DNA of 64,000 nt. Origin: Klebsormidium nitens. Taxonomy: Eukaryota > Plantae > Klebsormidiophyceae. Each line of letters opens with the position of its first letter. Position 1 is the first letter of the stretch. The stretch is from NCBI GenBank assembly GCA_000708835.1, contig DF237135.1, positions 1 through 64,000 of the forward strand. Reading direction: 5' to 3'. The notes under the pieces are model-generated. The model worked only from the letters and a program-made list of their open reading frames with translations, did not search any database and was not told the origin of the DNA. Below, piece by piece: positions 11,045 through 21,736 of the stretch. A program made the translations under genes and the position numbers.

Positions 11045-12946
11045 ATGGCTGCTTTTCCAGTGGTGGTGGTCACTCAATGGATCCACGACGAGGCGATCGC
11101 AGCATTGGCGGCATTTGCGACTCCTATCCTAAACCAAACGAAGGAGACTCTAAGTCAAGCGGAAGTCAAGCGGCGGTGTCGGGATGCTGACGCAATGGTG
11201 GCGTTCATGTCTGACTGGGTGGACCGAGAGGTCCTGGACAGCTGTCCTAAACTAAGAATTGTAGCAGCAGCGCTGAAGGGTTTCGACAACTTCGACGTGA
11301 AGGCGTGCGAGGAGGCAAGTAAGAAACACCTCAACAAATGACATCCGCCGCCTGAGACTTAGTCATTGAGCAGGGTGACACTTGACATGGCGCTGAGAAG
11401 ACCCAATTGCTCTTCCATAAATCATAAGAGCAGCCGTAATCTGTGTCACTTGGTGGGCGGCCGAGGTCGCAAAGTTAGGAGCACCAATTATATCGAGCAC
11501 TGGCCCATGCGTTTGAGCAGATGACTCACTTCCTCTTTCTCCAAGCGCAGGCTGGCGTCTTGCTGACCATCGTTCCAGACCTGCTGACTGAGCCCACAGC
11601 AGAGCTGGTGATTGCCCTCACGCTTGGGCTGATGAGGAATATCCTAGCGGGAGACGCGTACGTGAGGAGCGGTGCATTCCAAGGGTGGCGGCCCATCCTG
11701 TATGGAGCAGGCCTGAATGACAAGGCAAGCAGTGGCCTTGGCAGTCCTCGGGATTCCGTACCTGTTGTGGTAGTCACTGGTGTGGAACTCCGAGGAGAGA
11801 AGAGCATATGACGAGATTCGGAAAAATTGTGCGGTTTGTCGCTGCTGTTTCCTCAGTGCGGCACTGAACACAATCTTACCAGTGAGGCCAACACTGTGCA
11901 AATGAGCAGAGGCGCAACTTATTGCCATGTATCTGCCACTTCCTGGACATTTGACAACCTTAAACAGGCAAAGTGAGAAGAAGTTATCGAATTGCGACTA
12001 TGCAAATGATGATACTATTATGGCTGGTTTTATTATCCAATCATTTGAAGTAAAGCCTGCCCATCGAATCTCCAAAAAGTTACGCAGAGCAACTCGAGTT
12101 TTCTTCTCCGCAGGTGATTGGTGTCATCGGCATGGGCGCCGTTGGAAAGGCTGTTGTTCGGCGGTTGGTGGCGTTTGGCGTTCGAAAGCCGATCTTGTTC
12201 CTGGACCCCAACCAAGAAGCAGCCACGTCTGCTCTACCCATTGCCCCAGCGTCAAGTCTCGCAGATTTGCTAAGTGCAAGCAACGTGGTCATCCCTCTTG
12301 TGCCCCTGACTGCGGACACCACACACCTATTCGATGCACAAGCCCTGCGCATGATGAAATCAGGCGCCTTCCTGGTGAACTGCGGGCGAGGGTGAGGCAC
12401 TCACTGTTTGCTTTGGCATTCGTCCTTAGAGTGCAACAAACTTGGGGAATGGTTTCACAAAAACAGGCGTCCGGCGGCCTGGTGTTAATTGCTCTAGGAC
12501 TATCACATCCTGAAGATTTTGATCTTTCTTAAGTTGCCAATGACAGTGTGGGTTTACATTGGGTTATAGTGCTGAGGGGCCACTGGCAGAAGGTAACTGC
12601 TACCTCAGGATCTTTGTCATACGTTTTCTCGTGAATCTTAGCTGAGATGTAACAGCTTTTGTGATGCAGGTCAGTAGTCGATGAAGACGCCGTCGCAGAA
12701 GCCCTAGAGACAGGGGAGCTGGGAGGGTATGCAGCCGATGTGTTCGAGTTCGAGGACTGGGCACGGCCTTCGAGACCGCGGCAGATTCCTGAGCGCCTGT
12801 TAAAGATGAAAGATCGGACCCTTTTCACGCCGCACTTAGGCTCTGCGGTGGACGAAGTTCGAAGAGATATTGCCCTCTTTGCAATCGAGCAGATTAGACA
12901 GCTTCTCGTTGACAGAAAGCGGCCCACACATTGTGTGCCTTGTTAA
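11045..12946 (+). CDS. ptxD: Phosphite dehydrogenase (phosphite:NAD+ oxidoreductase, PtxD family of D-2-hydroxyacid dehydrogenases), 4 exons: 11045-11314, 11551-11724, 12114-12391, 12670-12946; 332 aa
   Basis: The spliced ORF is 999 nt with no frameshift. PtxD signature blocks appear in order: [106 protein letters not shown]. Equivalents of P. stutzeri PtxD M53, K76, W134, Y139, R237, E266, H292, S295 and R301 are present as M55, K78, W136, Y141, R240, E269, H296, S299 and R305 (reference recalled, not searched). An in-frame TAG at 11036 precedes the ATG. Confidence 0.92.
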
Positions 12947-13790
12947 GACGAGCCGACGCGGATGAGAATCAGCTGCCAAGTCATCCATGCACGTCACTAC
13001 AAAGAAGCCTCTTGTCTACAAGCAACACGGCAAACTGCAAGATTTGCCAAGGTTTATACGACTGTCCAAATCATAGCTGGCAAGACCTTCAAAGTCCAAG
13101 ATTCAGACCTTCAAAGTAACTCGAGCAGATTGTTGAGCTAGCCCAAATCTACTAAATCATCGCGCCTAGTGCATGCAGCCGCATCACGTGTGACCCGCCC
13201 ATGAAATTGGTTTAAACAATGTAGTATGGCGCGGGCCGACAAGGCGGGGCCACCAGTGGCAGCTAGGCATGTGCCCCGCAATTGGTTTGAGGTGTATGGT
13301 GCCCGAACATGATATCATCAAGTATATACTTCATGATCGGACATGAACGGTGAGTACCATGTGCATTGAGTCTTGCTCAAGATCCAAATCCGGATGCTAG
13401 CATGGCATACTGCATGCAACTGGCATGATGTGCAGTATATGTTGGCGGCTCGATGTAAACCGTCTGATCGATTGCGTGCCTGCGCATCCACGTCATGCCA
13501 CGGAAGGAAACACTGGTTAGAGGGCGGCCGACATCATTAACACGACCTAGCGCGGACAGTTCGCTGCCGCGCCATCATATATACAAGATTGTGAACAGAG
13601 ATTAACTCGGATGCACAAGTCACTATGCTCTTATTGCATAGTAGTACTGCCACGTGTACGGACCCCCAACTCTGAACAAGGTTCTGGGGATTGCATCCAT
13701 GACATGTCATACCGTATAACACCGTCGAGGTTCAGCGCGCACCAGTCATACGAGCGCCGTCAGCTTACATCAAACTTTACATAAACATTC

Positions 13791-16700
13791 TCAAGCTGTC
13801 CTTGGCACATCTTCCGTCCGCCCGGGTGCTTCTTCTGACGCAATTTTACCAACTCGTAGTAGCAAGGAATTCGTTACGACTGCAACTGAACTAAAAGCCA
13901 TCATGGCGCCAGCAACTGAGGGGGTTAACGAAATGTCATAGGCCGGTAGCAGAGCCCCCGCTGCTAGCGGTATGCCCACTGCGTTGTACGCGAGGGCCCA
14001 AAACAAGTTCTGCTTGATCTTGTTGAACGTGGCCCGACCGAGGGCCACCGCCTCCCCAACCTGCACGACGTTGGAGATTGTATTGGTCGTCTCAACAGCG
14101 CAAGAGTGCACTAAATCCGTAGCACAGAAAAGCCTGGCAGACGAGATCGTGTAACCGAGCGACACTACCCTGAAGGAGACCGTCCATTTTTCAAAGCAGG
14201 CATCAGGATGGGACGTCTGCTGAAAGGGACTTCGAGAAGGACTGGCTCCTTTAAAAACTTTGAACGGGGCTCACCTGGCCCAGCCTGTTCCCCATCAGGA
14301 TGACCGACGCAGCTTCCTCCGCTGCGTCCGTCCCACCCCGCAACGCAATGCCCACGTCAGCGGCTGCCAGGGCAGGCGCGTCATTCACGCCGTCACCCAC
14401 CTGAGGACCGCAGGGAGCAGGTGAGGCGAAAGCAGGAAAACGCACGACTTGAAAATGTATGCAACTCAAGTCAACGGAAACTGTTTCAAGTTACAACGCA
14501 TACACGTTTACCAAGTTCTCCGGCCAACTTCAGTATGCGCGTTCAAGATTCACAAAGCCGAAACGAAGAGGCTTCAGCCTAAGCACAGGTGTCCAGGTCG
14601 TCACGTTTCAAAAAACCACGACACCGCCAGCATTGAAGTACAGCGAGCCACCAACAGGAAGTGAGGAAATCAGGAGACGCTCGTACCATAGCCACGACCG
14701 CCTTTTCGTCCCTGAGTGCGCCCACGAGCCGCTGCTTGTCTTCTGGCCGCAGCTCCGCATAGACGTCAGCCTCCGCAATCCCGATCCGCTGCGCCACAGA
14801 GCGGACGCTCTCCCGCCTGTCACCGGACATGATCAGGGTCCGCACCCCCAGCTCTTGCAATCTGCACAGGGACAGCTGAAGAAAGTGTTAGAATAGAGAA
14901 CTTTGCCGCAGCCCGACGGACAGACGATCCAGGACCCATCTTTTCACAACCAAGGACGAGTGTGGGCCCCTATGAAATCAAACTCGCCTTTATGAGTCGA
15001 TGCAAGCCTCTGGCTTACGGGACAAGACTTCGGCGCCACTCACGAAAGCGCAACCTTTGTCCGTTTCACCTATGATAAGAGCATCGCAACGATACGTGCC
15101 ATACTGTGCGTCAGCCGCCCTGACTCCGTCCCCTTTCTCGGTCGCCTGTAGGCTTTTTGGTGCAGTTGTTCCCAGAGTATGAAGTGGTCTCCTTCGCATC
15201 TAGCATAACACAGCTACCATGAAGAAGGCACGAGACGCCAGACCGCACGAGAGCCCTCACCGTCGGACAGTCGCCGCAGCATCTTTCCGGACGGCGTCCA
15301 CGACCCCAACTGCTCCCACCACGCCGCGCCCCTCGACGCCCACGAAGACCACCGTGCGACTGCCGGCCGCGTCCTCGATCCCCTTCTCCGCCCGATCCCG
15401 CAACTCGTGCTCCACTCCCCGGGGCACTCCCTCCGAGCCCACTACCTCCGCGACCCAGTCAAACGCCCCGACCGCAACTCGTAGCCCGGAGACTAGCCCC
15501 GACGCCCCTTTGCCTGGCTCTGTGCGCGCGTCTTCGACCGCTGAGGCGGAGGTGGAGAGGCCCTCCGACTGCGCCCGGTTGACGATCGCCGTGGCGACCG
15601 GATGGCGGGTTGTGGACTCGACGGCAGCTGCAAGGCGGAGGAGCTCTGCCCGGGGGATGTCGCCCCGGGTGGCGACGGAGGCAACGCTGGTCTTGCCTTC
15701 CGTCAGAGTACCCGTCTGGAAGAGGGTTTGAACAAGAGAAGTTCGTGACGACGACTGATTTCAGTGGCGTAAGCGAGAACAAATCCTTGGGTTTACAGAA
15801 GACAGCCAGGAGATGACAACTCCCGAGAAGGTATGAGATCACTGGTCAATCACTGGTATCGCACTTACTCTTCTCCCTTCAGCACACCTTCCTAACGTAC
15901 GTTCGGAACAACTCAATCACTTCCTAACGGTCAGGCGAGGGAGTACCACTTGAGAAACGATCCAACTGTTTATTAAACAGTCAGTCTGGAGGCCAACTTA
16001 TGAAGGCGGCTCGACCGTGTCCCTCACCTTATCAAACACGACGGTGTCTACTTTGGCGGTCGTTTCCAGGGCGTCCCCTCCCCGCAGCAGCAGCCCCCGC
16101 CGGGCGCCCAGCGACGTCCCCACCAGCACGGCAGTCGGAGTGGCCAGGCCCAAGGCGCACGGACACGCCACCACCTGAAAGAGCCATGAGCGCAAGCTCA
16201 AGGCGAGTGCTTGGGGACCGTAGGAGGAGCGGTCGAGACGCCTTTGGAACCAAACGAAGAACGTCAATTCTCCACGACCGGTGATAAAAAGCTTTGCTGT
16301 GGGAAGAAGTAAAGCGCACCAATTCAGTTGGCACTCGATCTTCTCATGGCTGTACCTGGCCGACTAGCAATTCCGCGGCTGCAATGGATCGAAGGGTTTT
16401 CGTCCCTTTGCTACAGTCAACTTCCGCAGAAACTGCCCTCTTTTGTAACTCCAAAGAGTTGCATCTTAGGCTTTCAACTATAAAAGGTTGAGACAGATGT
16501 GCTCAGAAGGGAATCACAAGAGGGGACACATCGTGCGCGCGGCCGCAGTGCGCGCTTGTGGGTGGCCTGCCCGTGGCTTACCAGTACGTCGATGGCCAGC
16601 TTGAGGCTCAGCAGGAGAGCGCTCCCGTCCGGGCCCGCAGCATCACTGTACAAAACTTCCGGAAACAGGCTGGTCCCCAGACCGTACCTGCGAAGCGAGC

Positions 16701-19700
16701 GTGGAAGCGCGTCAGCAAATGGTAAGAGGAGACGGAAGTGATTTGGTTGACACACTTGCTGCCACTCTTGAGCCAGCCTGCGACCAGTGCACGCCGGACA
16801 CTGGCTGGCGAATTGGCCGACCAGATGAGGGGCAATGGATTAGATGTTTGGCGAGTAGGACGCAAGAAACTCTGAGGTACTCCTGAAGCGCATCTGATGA
16901 GCGCCTTTCAATCCAGATTGAGTTCACAATCAGCGACCAGGGATACTAAGGACGAATGCGCTCAATCAACCCATCTCGGATCGTTCTTGCTCCACATCTC
17001 GACTATGCAACTAACCAAAGCCCAAACCAGTTCAACTGACAGCCCTTGATTCGTTGCCCGATCTACTAGACGACAGAGAATCTTTGACACTCCCCTGCAT
17101 GCTCACCAAAAGTAGGGCCGGAAGAAAGAAACGCTCAACGGCCATCTACGAACAAGCCCGGACCCTCCTAGCGCTCACCAGAATGCAAACGTGGCCGCCG
17201 AGAGGCCCATGACGCTGAACACGAACGGCCCCGAGATGCGGTCCGCCAGCCGCTGCACTGGCGCCTCGCGCGCCTGCGCCTCCTCAACGAGCCGTGTGAT
17301 GCCCGCCAACACGCTGTGCGCGCCCGTCGCCACAGCCTCAACCGTGAGGGGGCCCTCCTGCCACGTGGAAGACACGCGGGTGAGCTGGACGGCAAAGCAA
17401 CGTCGGCCGGGCCGGGGCGGAGTCCTGCTGCTTGCTTGGGCTGTCAGACTTGCAAAAGCTTGGGCTAAGAAAAGTTACTCGTTCATGTCCGAGGAAACAA
17501 CGAGTAATGACGGAGTGTCGTTACAGGCTACTGCGCGACATGTTCGAATTGGCACTCTCTAAGTGCACCCATAACGCTTGGGCCGATGGGACAGGCGTGA
17601 ACAACGTGAAACGGCTAGCTTACCCAGTTGATCGTCCCTGCGGACACCGCCGCTCCCTCCTCTTTCGGCACGGGCAGCGGCTCCCCTGTGAGCATGGACT
17701 CGTCCACCGCACTGCGTCCGCCGACCACTCGCCCCTGAAGTTACCAGATGCACGCTTTGGCACCGATGTTGAGCGTAGGTGCTTGTTCTGACAAGCTTGC
17801 TTCAAGCCTCTTAGTACAGGCTGGAATGTTATCTCGGCAAGACGGTAAGCGAACCGGTTCAAAACAATTGAAATCTACCTCCAATCAGTCAATTGGAGGG
17901 GTTTGCCTTGATGCGACTCTTATCAAAGCCCGGTGCATGCCCCAAACCGAGGAGGTCCTTCGTTGTTGTAAGCAGCGGAGAGGGGCGCAGACTCGACGGT
18001 TGACAGACAGGCACGTCTTTGCAAGAGGGTGCGGGCTCACATCTACAGGGAGCGACTCCCCTGGCAGCACGAGCACACGGTCCCCCGGGCGCACTTGCTG
18101 GGTGGGGACCTCTACACTAAACAGCGGCTCGGCACCCCCGTTCTCCTTCACTCGGTCGGCCGCGCTGTCCCCGAGCACCAGGCGAGCTTTTGCGGGCAGC
18201 AGGGACTGCACAACGATCCAGGGAGAGGAGGTGGGGACCGGGGTATGCAGGGATGCCCGCACTATCTGGAAGACTTCGAGTTCGAAAAAATAGAAAAGGA
18301 AAGCGTAGAGCCAGGTGCGAGCGGAGACAGAGTATGAGCAAAGATGGAGTTATCTAGGCACCTCCAGTCCTAAGTCAGAATTTCAACTCCAGTTTGCAAG
18401 CCTATCGGCAACTGGCTGGTTTAAAGGAGCCCCTATAAGCGATGTAGATCTGCTTAAGCCCTGGATTCAGTCGAATCAGCTAAGCATGACGACAGACAAG
18501 CGAATGTTGCGTACCGCCAGGGCCTGCACGTCGGTGGCCGCTTTGGCACGGGCGCGGGCTTCGAGCGTTCTTCCGAGCAACACGAAGCCGAGCAGCATCA
18601 CCTGCACAGATTCTCGAATGTGAGTGAACAGTAAAGTACCCTTTCTACAAGGGCTTTCGTTTGCGGAAAAGCAGAATCACCACTCGTTATGCAACACGAT
18701 CATATAAATCATCCATTCTACAAAATTAGACTATTCAGTTGCAGAAAAGCACCCCGTAGAATCCAGGCCATAACTCTGGTGAAACCAGGTGAATAGCCAA
18801 CCAAAGGCTTGTAAACGTGGTTTTCGTCTTCAGAGAGCAGCCATGGCTTCAGAACTCTCAAAGCAGGCTTCACATGAGGCGACATGGTGGCAGTAAAGGA
18901 GTTAGTGTCGCTCACTGGCTCCTCAAAGAAGGACGCTTCCCAACCAAGGTCAGGCAGGGCCAGGGATGCCTGCGCAGCAATTTAAACGAGGTGAGGCAAA
19001 TGATGACTGCAGGACTTATTTGCAGCAGGTACAATAGTTGCAGCAGGTACAATAGCTAGGAACGACGTCAGAGGTCCTGAGGGGCAAGTACAAGGCAGTC
19101 CGAGGGGCCTTCACAGTTGAGGTTAGGTAAGATTGTTAACCCCCTTGAAGGAATAAATCATCGACAAGCAATCGATGATACAAAATCGGGTGCTTCGAAA
19201 CTCACGGCACTGATGGCAAACGCGGACGCGGCCCCAATGCTGACCAGCGTGTTCATGTTGGGTGAGCCACGGAGCAGGGCTTTGGCGCCATCCACAACCA
19301 GGGCTGCATACGGGGCCCAAAGGAAGACGGTAAAACACCCACAAGGTGTTGCTATGACAGCTGACCACCCCACCAATCATGCTGATTGTATGAAGAGGCC
19401 GATGTGCACATATCAGCAGCAGATTAATAACCAGCGAGAAATGCTTGCAATAAGTCCTTTAAACCGTCCAGGCGTCACTCACGTCGGCCTGGTCCCACTA
19501 GCGCCGCAATGGCAATAGCGCACTGGACAGAAGGCACCCCCAAGAAGGAGAGGAAGGAACCTGCAACAAGAATGAGATAGGGGGAAAAGGTGAGGATGAG
19601 AGTAGCTAGAGGCAGGGGAAGAATAGGGAGACAGTGATGTTTTAAGGGCTTTTCTTCTGGGGGCACAATTGAGAAATGCAAACGCTGCGCTTTTAGAGTA

Positions 19701-20658
19701 CTATAATAAGGGCCGGCGGAGACTACATGGTCAACGCTAACTAGGAACAGCACAGGGGGCAACTGGGGAGTATGACAGCGGTTCAAGTTACCCCTCAAAA
19801 GAACCCTTTCAAAGAAACCCTTCGTTCACTCATTCTATACCCCCTGGACACCGCGGTAACTCATCTTTCCTTGTTCTCCTTAGTCAACTCTTCGATTCAA
19901 AGCCACAAGAAAGGGAGTGAAGACTTGTTAAAAGTCCCACCATGTGCAAACTGGTGGAACCCCAGCCCATGCAGCAGGTGCCCTGTGTGGTGTGCCAGGC
20001 AGACTGCCACCAGGCCCCACGCCACCCCCAGCTGCACCGTGGTGTCACGCAGACTCTCCTCACGCTGCCTGGCCAGGGCTTCCCGCTGGTTGGTCGCGGC
20101 AAGTGCGTCGCCAAACTGCCGGACGGACGTGGAGAAGCCACTCTTGGACAGCGCTTCCGCTAGGGCCTGGCCTGTTTCTAAAGCGAGCCCGGGACGCAAC
20201 TGCACTGCCGCTGTGTGTGTCAGCAGGTTCACAGCCGCAGAGGCGACCCTCGTGTCGCTGGCCAGTGTGCGCCGAACCGACGCTGCGCAGCCGCCGCACA
20301 TCATGCCTGTCACGTCCAGCAATACACTTTCCCCCTTGGTCGCTGTCTCAGCTGGTGAGGCCGCCAGCTCAGTTGCAACCGCAAGCTGCGCGTAAGTCGC
20401 TCGCTTTATGCCCCCCAAATGTGGCAAATCCTGGCGTGGGATTTTTGAGAAACGCTGCTGGCGGCGCAGACATTGCAGTGCGTCCCCTGTGGTGCTCAGC
20501 TGCTTTGCAGAAACGAGGTGCCTTGGGGACACTATGCAACTTTCAGTAGAACATCCAATCGGTGCGGGCAGACAACTCCTCATAAGAGTAGCTGGAGCTT
20601 TCGGAAGCTTGGCGAGCAGCTGAAAGCATTGCTCTGTCATTCGGAGCGACTGCGCCAT
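13791..20658 (-). CDS. HMA8: Chloroplast P1B-1 copper-transporting ATPase, PAA2/HMA8-like (multi-exon)
   Basis: A transit-like N-terminus starts at ATG 20658. HMA domain: [14 protein letters not shown]. His-rich first TM region: [21 protein letters not shown], which resembles PAA2 more than PAA1. Other motifs: [43 protein letters not shown]|[18 protein letters not shown], and YNAVGIP plus MAFSS in the last exon. Confidence 0.9.
19020..19055. repeat. 18-bp tandem duplication in an HMA8 intron
   Basis: ttgcagcaggtacaatag occurs twice in tandem. Confidence 0.8.
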
Positions 20659-21736
20659 TGTGACAAGACTCGAGGAACTCAACACTGCTTAAGAGCTGGA
20701 TATTTGTCTCCTACATACTCAACTCCTTGCGCGAAGCAATGCCAGCATCCTTTGCTTCCCCTCCCAAGCGTATTACATACCTGCAAACTACCTTTTGACA
20801 ACCTGCAAAAAGTTCTAGCTGAACAGACAGTGCCAGTGAAGGGCGCTAGTTATGTCAGGGCGGCACTGCAGGACGCCATTAGCAGGGGCTTTTCACACCA
20901 TGACGTAATAAGCTTACAAACTCGACGTCACGGTAGTTTGTCGGCGCCGCGGCCGCCGGCGGGCCGGCCGTGGCTGCCCGACTGGATAACCAGGATAACC
21001 AGTTAACTTGAAGTTACTAACACGTGTACACTGTACACTTACAAAGTTCCACCGGGCACCTGCGCAATTTTCGGCGGGAAAGTTAAACGTAACATTTTCA
21101 AGAACATGTAATGTTGGCGATGCTTGTTGTCAAGTCTGACACATGTGATAGGTATGGTATACAGCGGGCTACAGGTCCAGGACTCCAGGCTCGCTGTAAA
21201 CAGCCGCGTGCTCTTGCAACTGGTGTGATTCGACTAGGTAGGTACCTAGTACTGGGTTCGAGTCTAGGGGCGTCGCCACAAATAAGACCAAGCGTTCTAT
21301 AAATCCCCCTCCACCGAGCGGGGTCGGTAGACACCCTCTGAGGATGAGCAACTTGTGGCCAGCAGTCAACTTCCTGCCGGAAAGTCAACTCAACACGAGT
21401 CACGAGGATTGCGAAAAGGGCATCTTTTTGAACGTCAGAAGCAAGCTTCTGCAACAAAGAAGGCCGCACAGCATCCGGGCCAGCATGCAGGAGGAGGAGG
21501 AGGGCGCTTGCACTAAACAGTAACTTTAGTATCTTCGCTGTCCTGTTGAAACGAGACGTTGATACTACCTGAGGCGGGACACTTGTGAAGCCTGTTCTGT
21601 CCGACAGCACAGGGCTCCTGCATGGGGCACGGTCGATTGTGGGGATGAAACTCTTTGGTACTTTGGAATTGTCCATTGATGATTGAGCGAGTTCTGCTGT
21701 AGCACAGGGCTAATCTGTAACTGTTGGAAAAGACTC

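Noticed and set aside
10250-11045. PHR1-binding P1BS element (GNATATNC) in the ptxD promoter
   Set aside because: I found none upstream. Matches at 11637-11644 (coding) and 13322-13329 (downstream) are compatible with chance.
11045-12946. Reading the dehydrogenase as an ordinary glyoxylate/hydroxypyruvate reductase or as bacterial contamination
   Set aside because: The LKGFDNFD, GWxPxxYG, FExEDWAR and GSAVxxVR motifs are PtxD-type. Spliceosomal introns and contiguity with plant nuclear genes argue against contamination.
12946-20658. Functional link between ptxD and the adjacent Cu-ATPase
   Set aside because: They are convergent, there is no operon logic in a eukaryote, and no known pathway connects them.
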